A stretch of DNA of 40,051 nucleotides from Clostridia bacterium. Its GTDB lineage: Bacteria; Bacillota; Clostridia; Oscillospirales; Acutalibacteraceae. The stretch is taken from NCBI GenBank assembly GCA_017382915.1, contig JAFNZJ010000134.1, forward strand, positions 1 through 40,051, written 5' to 3'. The notes beneath the pieces were generated by a model. That model was not told the origin of the DNA, searched no databases, and saw only the letters and a list, made by a program, of their open reading frames with translations. Shown here one piece after another: positions 1 through 7,866 of the stretch (position 1 is its first letter; every line of letters starts with the position of its first letter). Made by a program: the position numbers and the translations under genes.

Positions 1-158
1 GCATTGATTTTAAAAAAGTTGAAATTATTACGGATAAAAATGGTACGGGCAGCATAGAGATTACTAAGGCAATTATTTATACAAAAAATATAACCGACCT
101 TGAAAAAGCAAAAGCAATAATTAAAAATGAAACCGGCATTTTGGCCGTTGGAGGATAA
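1..158 (+). CDS. spoIIIAF: stage III sporulation protein AF, C-terminal fragment (5' end lies outside the window)
   Basis: The frame starting at nt 3 is open from the window edge to TAA at 156-158 (..IDFKKVEIITDKNGTGSIEITKAIIYTKNITDLEKAKAIIKNETGILAVGG*). It ends 2 nt before spoIIIAG. The assignment rests on synteny with the spoIIIA operon. Confidence 0.45.
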   Translation, partial: IDFKKVEIITDKNGTGSIEITKAIIYTKNITDLEKAKAIIKNETGILAVGG

Positions 159-160
159 AA

Positions 161-712
161 ATGGAGCTTTTAAAGGAAAAACTTAAAGGTTTTAACCTTA
201 AAAATAAAAAACTGATTTTACCTATTGTGGGTATTATAGGCATACTGCTTATTGGTTTATCATCCTTTGGCGATGAGGAGCAAGCGAGCGCTACAATAGA
301 CCAAAAACAAAGTGATACAGAATACTGCAATGAGCTTGAACAAAAAATTAAATCACTGGTTTCGGCAATAACGGGTGATACGGGCTGCATAGTAGCGGTA
401 ACGCTTGAAAGCTCGGGCGAATATATTTACGCCAACCAAAACACCGTTGATACCGACCAAAGTGAAGATACGGGCGGTGGCAGTACCACAACACGGCAAA
501 CCCATAAGTCCGAACAAAAATACATTATAGTTGAGGGTGAAAACGGCGAACAATCTGCATTGGTTGTTACCGAAAAAAAGCCGGATGTAAGGGGTGTTGC
601 CATAGTAACCGCAGGGTTAAATGATATAAATTATGAGGATGTTTTATCATCCGTTTCATCAATGCTTGGTATTGCAAGCAGAAAAATTAACATATCACAA
701 AAGGCAGAATAA
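161..712 (+). CDS. spoIIIAG: stage III sporulation protein AG
   Basis: 183 aa with an N-terminal TM segment (LILPIVGIIGILLIGL). The C-terminal block PDVRGVAIVTAGLND...VLSSVSSMLGI..RKINI is typical of the SpoIIIAG ring domain. It lies between the spoIIIAF tail and spoIIIAH. Confidence 0.75.
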   Translation: MELLKEKLKGFNLKNKKLILPIVGIIGILLIGLSSFGDEEQASATIDQKQSDTEYCNELEQKIKSLVSAITGDTGCIVAVTLESSGEYIYANQNTVDTDQSEDTGGGSTTTRQTHKSEQKYIIVEGENGEQSALVVTEKKPDVRGVAIVTAGLNDINYEDVLSSVSSMLGIASRKINISQKAE

Positions 713-744
713 GCCTTTAAAAAACAATTAAGGGGCGAAAATCA

Positions 745-1299
745 ATGAAAAATAAAACTATTTTCGGTAAAAAGCAGCTGATAATGGCGGCGCTTTTGCT
801 GGCGCTTGGCGGTGCCGTATGGCTTAATATGCAGTACTCAGGTGCGGCGGGTGGCTTTATAAATAATGCCGTATCATCTAACAAAAATTTGGGTGATACA
901 AAATATGTTGCCAATGTAAGCGGTCAAACGGCGGTACAAACCGCGGCCGGCACCGACTATTTTACATCCGCATCGGCCGAGCGTAAAAAAGCAAGGGAGG
1001 AAGCCGTTGCCCTGCTTGAAGAAACACTTGATAAGGTTGATGCCAACTCATCCGCCAAGCAAAAGGCGGCCGATGATATTGCAGAGGTAGCTGCCCGCAT
1101 TGAAAAGGAAGCCGCCATTGAAACGCTGATAAAGGCCAAGGGCTTTGAAAAAGTATTGGTTGTAATTGGTGATGACAGTGTAAGCGTTATAGTTAAAGCG
1201 GATGAGCTTTTACCCAGCCAAACCCTGCAAATTCAAGACGCCGTAACCTCTCAAACCAAAATTTCTTTACAAAACATTAAAATTGTTAATAAAAAATAG
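745..1299 (+). CDS. spoIIIAH: stage III sporulation protein AH
   Basis: 184 aa with an N-terminal TM segment. A YF..A..ERKKAREEA..LL coiled segment and the C-terminal IETLIKAKGFEKVLVVIGDDSVSVIVKADEL pattern are characteristic of SpoIIIAH. It is the last gene of the spoIIIA operon. Confidence 0.75.
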   Translation: MKNKTIFGKKQLIMAALLLALGGAVWLNMQYSGAAGGFINNAVSSNKNLGDTKYVANVSGQTAVQTAAGTDYFTSASAERKKAREEAVALLEETLDKVDANSSAKQKAADDIAEVAARIEKEAAIETLIKAKGFEKVLVVIGDDSVSVIVKADELLPSQTLQIQDAVTSQTKISLQNIKIVNKK

Positions 1300-1327
1300 T
1301 TGTACAAATTAAAATTTGTGTTATAAT
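1300..1327 (+). promoter_or_regulatory. sigma-A-type promoter for asp23-family gene
   Basis: TTGTAC (1300-1305), a 16-nt spacer ending in TGT (extended -10), then TATAAT (1322-1327). AGTTGTACA occurs twice (1297-1306 region and 1330-1338 region), flanking the -10. Confidence 0.6.
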
Positions 1328-1367
1328 AGAGTTGTACATAAGCAAATTTTAAGGAGGCGCTATTTTT

Positions 1368-1721
1368 ATGGCAAGCAATACTTCCGGATTATCTATTAAC
1401 AATGATGTTATAGCACGCATGGCTGAAATGGCAACACTTGAAACTGACGGTGTTGTTGCAATGGATAACCGCCCTATATCACTTCATAACATTTTGGGTA
1501 AAAAGGGTGGCACAAAATCGGTTTTAGTTTCAACCGAGCACGGCATTATTGATATTGAACTTTATATTAAGGTTAACGATTCTGCAAAGGTTAGCGATAT
1601 TGCAGAGCGTGTTCAAACCGGCGTTAAAGAAAAGCTTCAGGGTATGACCGGCAGTGCCGTTACCAAGGTGAATGTTGTTGTTACCGATGTTGAGCTTTCT
1701 GATGAGGGCGCAGACGCTTAA
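1368..1721 (+). CDS. Asp23/Gls24 family alkaline-shock/envelope stress protein
   Basis: 117 aa. N-terminal I..DVIARMAEMATLETDGVVAM and the overall size and charge pattern match the Asp23 family. AGGAGG RBS upstream. Confidence 0.8.
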   Translation: MASNTSGLSINNDVIARMAEMATLETDGVVAMDNRPISLHNILGKKGGTKSVLVSTEHGIIDIELYIKVNDSAKVSDIAERVQTGVKEKLQGMTGSAVTKVNVVVTDVELSDEGADA

Positions 1722-1740
1722 TAGAATATTTTTAAATTTT

Positions 1741-1771
1741 ATGCCTGCTACACATAATGTGTGGCAGGCAT
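1741..1771 (+). terminator. hairpin after asp23 (weak U-tract)
   Basis: ATGCCTGCTACACA / TGTGTGGCAGGCAT form a 14-bp stem with one G-U pair. The downstream ATTATAC is only a weak T-tract. Confidence 0.45.
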
Positions 1772-1802
1772 ATTATACAAATTAGCATAAGGGATGTTAA
1801 AA

Positions 1803-3248
1803 ATGAAAGAAAACTTAACCATGCTTATGGACCTGTATGAGCTTACTATGGCAAACGGAATTTTTTATTCCAAGGACAGGGATGTTATTTGTTATTTTGA
1901 TATGTTCTTTCGCCGTGTACCCGATGACGGCGGTTTTGCAATAATGGCAGGTCTTTCAAAGCTTATTGAGTATTTTAAAGAGCTTAAATTTACCGATGAT
2001 GACATTGAATATTTACGCAGCCTAAACCTTTTTGGTGATGAGTTTTTAGAATATTTAAGAAACTTTAATTTCACCTGTGATGTTTGGGCAATACCCGAAG
2101 GCACACCTATTTTCCCAAAAGAACCTATTGTGACCGTTAGGGGTCCTGCTATTCAGGCATTTTTGGTTGAAACAATGGTACTGCTTACCGTTAACCATCA
2201 GTCGCTTATTGCCACCAAGGCAAACCGTATTGTCCGCGCCGCAAACGGCAGGGCAGTTTTAGAATTTGGCGCCCGCCGTGCACACAGCTATGATGCCGCT
2301 ATGCTTGGCGCCCGCTCGGCCATAATTGGTGGTTGTGTTGGTACATCCTGCGTAAAGGCCGCAAAGGACTTTAGCGTAAAACCGTCAGGTACTATGGCAC
2401 ACAGCTGGGTACAGCTTTATAAAAGTGAGTATGAAGCCTTTAAAATCTATGCCGAACAATACCCCGACAGCTGTATGCTTTTGGTTGATACCTATAATGT
2501 ATTAAAATCGGGCATACCAAATGCAATAAAGGTGTTTAATGAGGTTGTTGTACCCAAGGGCTACCGCCCGCTAGGCGTTAGAATTGATAGTGGTGACATT
2601 ACATACCTTACCAAAAAGGTGCGTAAAATGTTGGACGATGCCGGTTTTCCCGACTGTAAAATCTGCGTTTCAAACTCACTTGATGAATATCTTATAAGGG
2701 ATATGCTTATTCAGGGTGCTGCAGTTGACAGCTTTGGTGTTGGTGAAAGGCTTATTACCGCATCATCTGAGGCCGTTTTTGGCGGTGTTTATAAGCTTGT
2801 TGCAACCCAAACTAAAGAGGGTAACATAATACCCAAAATTAAAATCAGTGAAAATACCGCTAAAATCACCATCCCATCATTTAAAAAGGCCTGGCGCCTT
2901 TTTGATAATGACACAGGCAAGGCCATTGCCGATGTTATTACCCTTTATGATGAGGTTATTGATGATACTAAGCCGTATGAAATATTTGACCCCGTACACA
3001 CCTGGAAGCGCAAAACCGTAGCCAACTTTACGGCAAAGCCGCTTGCTGTACGCATTTTTGATAAGGGTAAATGTGTTTACGCCTGCCCCAGCGTTGCCGA
3101 TTCTGCCGCATACTGCAAGCAGCAGGTTGAAACCCTTTGGGATGAGGTTAAGCGCTTTGAAAAGCCACATACCTATTATGTTGACCTTTCAAAAAATCTT
3201 TGGGAGGAACGCGCCGCTCTGTTGGAAAAATATTCCTTTAAAGGGTAG
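1803..3248 (+). CDS. pncB: nicotinate phosphoribosyltransferase
   Basis: N-terminal NLTMLMDLYELTMANG and the internal GTMAHSWVQ and RIDSGD motifs are typical of NAPRTase. I prefer ATG 1803 (AAGGGA 8 nt upstream) over the track start 1794. Confidence 0.9.
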   Translation: MKENLTMLMDLYELTMANGIFYSKDRDVICYFDMFFRRVPDDGGFAIMAGLSKLIEYFKELKFTDDDIEYLRSLNLFGDEFLEYLRNFNFTCDVWAIPEGTPIFPKEPIVTVRGPAIQAFLVETMVLLTVNHQSLIATKANRIVRAANGRAVLEFGARRAHSYDAAMLGARSAIIGGCVGTSCVKAAKDFSVKPSGTMAHSWVQLYKSEYEAFKIYAEQYPDSCMLLVDTYNVLKSGIPNAIKVFNEVVVPKGYRPLGVRIDSGDITYLTKKVRKMLDDAGFPDCKICVSNSLDEYLIRDMLIQGAAVDSFGVGERLITASSEAVFGGVYKLVATQTKEGNIIPKIKISENTAKITIPSFKKAWRLFDNDTGKAIADVITLYDEVIDDTKPYEIFDPVHTWKRKTVANFTAKPLAVRIFDKGKCVYACPSVADSAAYCKQQVETLWDEVKRFEKPHTYYVDLSKNLWEERAALLEKYSFKG

Positions 3249-3270
3249 CCAAAGCATTTAAATTAAAATA

Positions 3271-3299
3271 TTGATTTTTTTATAAAAATATGCTATTAT
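3271..3299 (+). promoter_or_regulatory. sigma-A-type promoter upstream of hyd maturation operon leader
   Basis: TTGATT (3271-3276), 17-nt spacer, TATTAT (3294-3299). Confidence 0.5.
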
Positions 3300-3375
3300 A
3301 AAATTGTAAACTGACATAAAGATGAATTTATCGCCTGAGTGAAAGTTGCAATCAAAACAATATATCTTAATTTTT

Positions 3376-3412
3376 GACTGCACCTTAGGCTTGGTGCAGT
3401 CATTTTTATTTT
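3376..3412 (+). terminator. strong intrinsic terminator hairpin, acting as pncB terminator and/or hyd-operon leader attenuator
   Basis: GACTGCACC (3376-3384) pairs with GGTGCAGTC (3393-3401) around an 8-nt loop, followed by ATTTTTATTTT. It sits downstream of the predicted promoter and ends 3 nt before the AGGAG RBS of the next gene. Confidence 0.75.
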
Positions 3413-3427
3413 AAAGGAGTGTTTTTT

Positions 3428-3685
3428 ATGGAAACCAGAGTTGCCGTTATGGGCATTATTGTTGAAAATACAGACTCGGTGGAGGGACTTAACTCTTTAC
3501 TGCATGAATATGGTAATTACATTATAGGTCGTATGGGTCTACCCTACCGCGAAAAAAACATTAGCATTGTATCCATTGCCATTGACGCCCCGCAGGACAC
3601 AATATCTGCCCTTTCGGGCAAAATCGGAAGGTTGGATGGGGTAAGCGTTAAAACCGCATACTCCAATGTAATAAGCCATGAATGA
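3428..3685 (+). CDS. TM1266-family putative iron-only hydrogenase system regulator (ACT/NikR-C-like small protein)
   Basis: 85 aa from ATG 3428 (AGGAG 8 nt upstream; the track start 3419 is a GTG inside the RBS spacing). METRVAVMGIIVEN...IIGRMGLPYREK..SIVSIAIDAP.D.ISALSGKIGRL.GV matches the family found directly upstream of hydE/G/F. Its stop overlaps the hydE start. Confidence 0.7.
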   Translation: METRVAVMGIIVENTDSVEGLNSLLHEYGNYIIGRMGLPYREKNISIVSIAIDAPQDTISALSGKIGRLDGVSVKTAYSNVISHE

Positions 3686-4730
3686 TATTATAAAGCTTAT
3701 TGACCGCCTTGAAAAAAGCCACTCACTTAACCTTTCAGAGTATGAGCAGCTTATTAACGGCTACTCCCCCACTGTGGCAGAGTATGCAGGCAAAAAGGCT
3801 GAGGCTGTAAGGCAGGCCGTTTATGGCAGGGATGTTTATATTCGCGGACTTATTGAAATAAGTAATATATGTAAAAACGACTGTTACTACTGCGGTATAA
3901 GGCACTCAAACAAAAAGTGCCAGCGTTACCGCCTTAGCGAGCAACAAATTTTAAACTGCTGCGATGAAGGCTACAGTCTTGGGTTTAGGACCTTTGTTTT
4001 GCAGGGCGGTGAAGATTTGCATTTTAGCGATGAACTACTATGCTCAATCATAACCAAAATAAAAGCCAAATACCCCGACTGTGCCGTAACACTGTCGATT
4101 GGTGAGCGCAGCTTTGAAAGCTATAAGGCCTTAAAAGAAGCCGGTGCTGACCGCTACCTATTAAGGCACGAAACAGCCGATAAAGACCATTACCAAAAAC
4201 TACACCCCGGTAATTTATCCTTTGAAAACCGCATAAAATGTCTTGAAAATTTAAAAAGTCTTGGTTTTCAGGTAGGATGCGGTTTTATGGTTGGCTCACC
4301 CTATCAAACGGCTAAAACCCTTGCCAAGGATTTAAAGTTTATTGAAACCTTTAAGCCTGATATGTGCGGCATCGGACCCTATATAACCCACAAAGAAACA
4401 CCTTTTAAAGATATGCCGTCGGGCAGTTTTGAACTGACCCTTTACCTTTTATCGATAGTGCGCCTTATTGACCCTAATTTGCTTTTACCCGCCACCACAG
4501 CGCTTGGCACAATTAACCCTAATGGTCGTGAAATGGGTATTAAAGCAGGCGCCAATGTAGTAATGCCCAACCTTTCACCAACCGACACCCGCAGCAAGTA
4601 TGAGCTTTATGAGGGCAAAATTTTCAGCGGTGATGAGGCGGCAGAGTGTAAAAAATCGCTTGAAAAAAGCATGAAAGCCATAGGCTACCAAATTGTTACC
4701 GCCCGTGGTGATAAAATTAACCAATCTTAA
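3678..4730 (+). CDS. hydE: [FeFe] hydrogenase H-cluster radical SAM maturase HydE
   Basis: 350 aa with the radical SAM CxxxCxxC motif (CKNDCYYCGIR). Biotin-synthase-like architecture, in the hydE-hydG-hydF gene order. Confidence 0.85.
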   Translation: MNDIIKLIDRLEKSHSLNLSEYEQLINGYSPTVAEYAGKKAEAVRQAVYGRDVYIRGLIEISNICKNDCYYCGIRHSNKKCQRYRLSEQQILNCCDEGYSLGFRTFVLQGGEDLHFSDELLCSIITKIKAKYPDCAVTLSIGERSFESYKALKEAGADRYLLRHETADKDHYQKLHPGNLSFENRIKCLENLKSLGFQVGCGFMVGSPYQTAKTLAKDLKFIETFKPDMCGIGPYITHKETPFKDMPSGSFELTLYLLSIVRLIDPNLLLPATTALGTINPNGREMGIKAGANVVMPNLSPTDTRSKYELYEGKIFSGDEAAECKKSLEKSMKAIGYQIVTARGDKINQS

Positions 4731-4743
4731 GGAAGTGTGTAAA

Positions 4744-6192
4744 ATGTCAAACTACAATCCAAAATCACTTAAAGCAGAGGAATTTATAAGCGATAGCGAA
4801 ATTTTAGAAACCCTGCGCTATGCTGAAGAAAATAAAAACAACACTCAGCTTATTGATGAAATTTTAGAAAAAGCAAGACCTAAAAAAACCGCCGATGGTG
4901 TAAAATGTGCAGGTCTTACCCACCGCGAAGCATCGGTACTGCTTGCCTGTGAGGACAAGGAAAAAATAAACCAAATGTTTGAATTGGCAGAGGAAATTAA
5001 GCAGGCATTTTACGGCAACCGAATTGTTATGTTTGCACCGCTTTACCTTTCAAACTACTGCGTAAACGGTTGTACCTACTGTCCATACCACTATCAAAAC
5101 AAACATATCTGCCGTAAAAAACTAACTCAAGAAGAAATTAAGGCAGAGGTTATAGCCCTGCAGGATATGGGTCATAAGCGCCTAGCCATTGAAGCGGGCG
5201 AAGACCCCGTTAACAACCCCATTGAATATATTTTAGAAAGCATTAAAACCATTTACAGCATACACCATAAAAACGGTGATATAAGAAGGGTTAATGTAAA
5301 CATTGCCGCCACCACGGTTGAAAATTACCGCAAGCTTAAAGAGGCCGGCATTGGCACATACATTCTGTTCCAAGAAACCTATCATAAAGAAAGCTATGAA
5401 AAACTGCACCCAACAGGTCCAAAGCACAATTATGCCTACCATACCGAGGCTATGGACCGCGCTATGGAGGGCGGTATTGATGATGTTGGTCTTGGTGTAC
5501 TGTTTGGACTGGAGCTTTATAAATATGAATTTGCGGGTCTTTTAATGCATGCCGAGCATTTAGAGGCGGTGCATGGTGTTGGTCCCCACACCATTAGTGT
5601 ACCAAGACTTAAAAGGGCAGATGATATTGACCCAAATCAGTTTGACAACGGTATATCGGATGAAATTTTTGAAAAAATTATTGCCTGCATTCGCATTGCT
5701 GTACCCTACACAGGTATGATAATTTCTACCAGAGAAAGTGAAGCGGTGCGCGGCAGGGCACTTCGCCTTGGTATTTCACAAATCAGCGGTGCTTCAAGAA
5801 CATCGGTTGGCGGCTACACCGAAGAGGAGCGCCCACACGATTCTGAACAGTTTGATGTTTCTGACCAACGCACCCTTGATGAGGTTGTAAGGTGGCTTAT
5901 GGAACTGGACCACATCCCTTCATTCTGTACCGCCTGCTACCGTGAGGGCAGAACAGGTGACCGCTTTATGCAGCTTTGTAAAAACGGTCAAATCCTTAAC
6001 TGCTGTCACCCCAACGCACTTATGACCCTTACCGAATATTTGGTGGACTACGCAAGTGAGGAAACCAAAAAAGTGGGCTTTGCACTTATTGAGAAAGAAC
6101 TTGGTAAAATCCCCAAAGAAAAGGTTAAAAATATAGCCGAGGATAATATTAAGCAAATCAAAGCATCAAACAGACGCGATTTTCGTTTTTAA
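4744..6192 (+). CDS. hydG: [FeFe] hydrogenase H-cluster radical SAM maturase HydG
   Basis: ATG 4744 with AAGGAAG upstream. Radical SAM motif CVNGCTYCPY and the C-terminal Cys cluster (CTACYR...C) are typical of the ThiH-like HydG. Confidence 0.85.
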   Translation: MSNYNPKSLKAEEFISDSEILETLRYAEENKNNTQLIDEILEKARPKKTADGVKCAGLTHREASVLLACEDKEKINQMFELAEEIKQAFYGNRIVMFAPLYLSNYCVNGCTYCPYHYQNKHICRKKLTQEEIKAEVIALQDMGHKRLAIEAGEDPVNNPIEYILESIKTIYSIHHKNGDIRRVNVNIAATTVENYRKLKEAGIGTYILFQETYHKESYEKLHPTGPKHNYAYHTEAMDRAMEGGIDDVGLGVLFGLELYKYEFAGLLMHAEHLEAVHGVGPHTISVPRLKRADDIDPNQFDNGISDEIFEKIIACIRIAVPYTGMIISTRESEAVRGRALRLGISQISGASRTSVGGYTEEERPHDSEQFDVSDQRTLDEVVRWLMELDHIPSFCTACYREGRTGDRFMQLCKNGQILNCCHPNALMTLTEYLVDYASEETKKVGFALIEKELGKIPKEKVKNIAEDNIKQIKASNRRDFRF

Positions 6193-6228
6193 GGTAAGAA
6201 ATCAAACCTAATCGAAAGGAAAATTACT

Positions 6229-7431
6229 ATGAGCCTTAATGAAGTTGTTTCGAGTGAGCGGGTGCATATTGGCTTTTTCGGACTGAGAAACGCAGGTAAA
6301 TCAAGCCTGGTTAATGCCGTTACAGGGCAAAACCTTTCACTGGTGTCAGATGTAAAGGGCACCACCACCGACCCCGTTTTAAAGGCAATGGAGTTACTGC
6401 CACTTGGCCCCGTAGTTATAATTGATACCCCCGGTATTGATGATGAGGGCGAGCTTGGTTTAATGAGGGTTGAAAAGGCAAAGCAGGTTTTAGCCAAAAC
6501 CAATATTGCCGTTTTGGTAGCATCTGCCTCCGCGCCCCTTTCCCCTGCTGAAAATGACCTTATAAAGCTTTTTAAAGAAAAAAGCATACCCTACATTATT
6601 GCTAAAAACAAGGCCGATTTACTTTTGACACTGCCAAAGGAAAGTGATAATGAAATTTATGTAAGCGCAACCAAAAACATAAACATAAATGAACTTAAAG
6701 AAAAAATTGCATCACTTAAAAAGGTGACGGATAGCGATAAAAAAATCCTTGCCGATATAGTAAAATCGGGCGATACCGTTATACTGACCATCCCCATTGA
6801 TGAGGCGGCACCAAAAGGCAGGCTTATATTACCCCAACAACAGGTGCTTCGTGAACTGCTTGAAATTGGGGCAACCGCCCTTGCCTGCAAACCTACCGAG
6901 CTTGAGCAAACGCTTGATAAGCTTAAATCGCCGCCCGACCTGGTTATAACCGATTCGCAGGTGTTTGGTGAGGTTGCAAAAATTCTGCCGTGTGATGTTA
7001 GCCTTACATCATTTTCAATTCTTTTTGCCCGTTATAAGGGTGATTTAAAGACAGTAGTAAGCGGCGCCGCAGCAATTAAAAATCTAAAAGACGGTGACAC
7101 CGTTTTAATATCTGAAGGGTGTACCCACCACCGCCAATGCAATGATATTGGCACCGTTAAACTGCCAAACCTTATAAAAAGCTTTACTAAAAAGCAAATA
7201 AATTTTGAATTCACTTCGGGCACAGAATTTAAAAACAACCTTACTAAATACGCCCTTATTGTCCATTGCGGCGGCTGTATGCTAAATGAAAAAGAAATGA
7301 AGCACCGCATATCCACCGCAGTAAGTGCCAATATACCCATTACCAACTACGGCATTGCATTGGCCTTAATAAACGGTATACTTAAACGCTCGGTTGAGCC
7401 GTTTGAGGAAATTAAAGATATATTTGATTAA
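6229..7431 (+). CDS. hydF: [FeFe] hydrogenase H-cluster maturation GTPase HydF
   Basis: P-loop GLRNAGKSS, DTPG and NKAD GTPase motifs. The C-terminal CTHH...HCGGC cluster-binding motif is characteristic of HydF. Confidence 0.85.
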   Translation: MSLNEVVSSERVHIGFFGLRNAGKSSLVNAVTGQNLSLVSDVKGTTTDPVLKAMELLPLGPVVIIDTPGIDDEGELGLMRVEKAKQVLAKTNIAVLVASASAPLSPAENDLIKLFKEKSIPYIIAKNKADLLLTLPKESDNEIYVSATKNININELKEKIASLKKVTDSDKKILADIVKSGDTVILTIPIDEAAPKGRLILPQQQVLRELLEIGATALACKPTELEQTLDKLKSPPDLVITDSQVFGEVAKILPCDVSLTSFSILFARYKGDLKTVVSGAAAIKNLKDGDTVLISEGCTHHRQCNDIGTVKLPNLIKSFTKKQINFEFTSGTEFKNNLTKYALIVHCGGCMLNEKEMKHRISTAVSANIPITNYGIALALINGILKRSVEPFEEIKDIFD

Positions 7432-7442
7432 ATTACATTATC

Positions 7443-7473
7443 CCCCGCCTTTTTTTCAAGGCGGGGTGTTTAT
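7443..7473 (+). terminator. hairpin terminator after hydF
   Basis: CCCCGCC (7443-7449) pairs with GGCGGGG (7460-7466) around a T-rich loop, followed by TGTTTAT. Confidence 0.55.
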
Positions 7474-7500
7474 GTAGCAAAAAAGCCAACCGAAAATGAG

Positions 7501-7628
7501 TAGGGTTGCTAAGGACAGTTTTCTTTAATAAAAGCGAAATTTTGCACACAAATTTCCTGCTTGCAACAGCATAAGACAAAACTACCCGAAGAAGAGAAAA
7601 TAAAACTCTTTTTCGGGTAGTAATTTTT
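7501..7628 (+). ncRNA. candidate structured RNA module (TAGGG start, hairpin, CCTGCTTG box, AAGACAAAAC box, terminator-like 15-bp stem plus T-run)
   Basis: Hairpin GAAATTT/AAATTTC (7536-7556). Stem CTACCCGAAGAAGAG/CTCTTTTTCGGGTAG (7582-7620), then TAATTTTT. It aligns with 39881-40000 with compensatory changes in both stems. The strand and RNA nature are inferred, not shown. Confidence 0.4.
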
Positions 7629-7632
7629 ATAT

Positions 7633-7786
7633 AGTGATATTCTGTGCTAAACGCACAGAGTGATATTTCCCTTTCGGAAAGTGATATTGAAATCTTACGA
7701 TTTTAAGTGATATTTTATTCGCCAAAAACTGCCGAAGGCAATATCACTTGAACGAAGTTCAAATATCACTGCAAAGCAATATCACT
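7633..7786. repeat. array of 9-nt repeats: 4 x AGTGATATT followed by 3 x AATATCACT (its reverse complement), separated by unique self-complementary spacers
   Basis: Direct copies start at 7633, 7659, 7680 and 7706. Inverted copies start at 7740, 7762 and 7778. The spacers are mini-hairpins (for example CTGTGC-TAAAC-GCACAG, AAATC-TTAC-GATTT, TGAAC-GAA-GTTCA and CGCC-GCAA-GGCG). Confidence 0.85.
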
Positions 7787-7807
7787 CGCCGCAAGGCGAA
7801 TAAAACT

Positions 7808-7835
7808 GCCCAAGTTTCCTTAAGAACACTTGGGC
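7808..7835 (-). terminator. hairpin terminator after lysC
   Basis: GCCCAAGT (7808-7815) pairs with ACTTGGGC (7828-7835). On the minus strand it is followed by AGTTTTATT. Confidence 0.5.
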
Positions 7836-7866
7836 AATTCGGTTGGCTTTTTATTTACTTATTTGC

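Larger units (their letters stand above)
7480..7852. repeat. unclassified composite structured element (copy 1) bounded by 15-bp inverted repeats
   Basis: AAAAAGCCAACCGAA (7480-7494) is the exact reverse complement of TTCGGTTGGCTTTTT (7838-7852). The interior has no ORF of 60 aa or more. It contains a hairpin module homologous to 39881-40000 and a 9-nt repeat array. Confidence 0.7.

Noticed and set aside
7633-7786. Possible CRISPR array, because of regularly spaced repeats
   Set aside because: The repeats are only 9 nt and the spacers 7-17 nt and self-complementary (25 nt between the direct and inverted half-arrays). The repeat orientation flips mid-array, and there are no cas genes in the window. 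It does not fit CRISPR architecture.
7480-7852. Retron msr/msd or tyrosine-integrase att site with arm-type sites
   Set aside because: Flanking inverted repeats and direct/inverted 9-mers are superficially compatible. However, no reverse transcriptase, integrase or other mobile-element gene lies anywhere nearby, and the hairpin spacers are unexplained by an att site. I kept it as an unclassified element instead.
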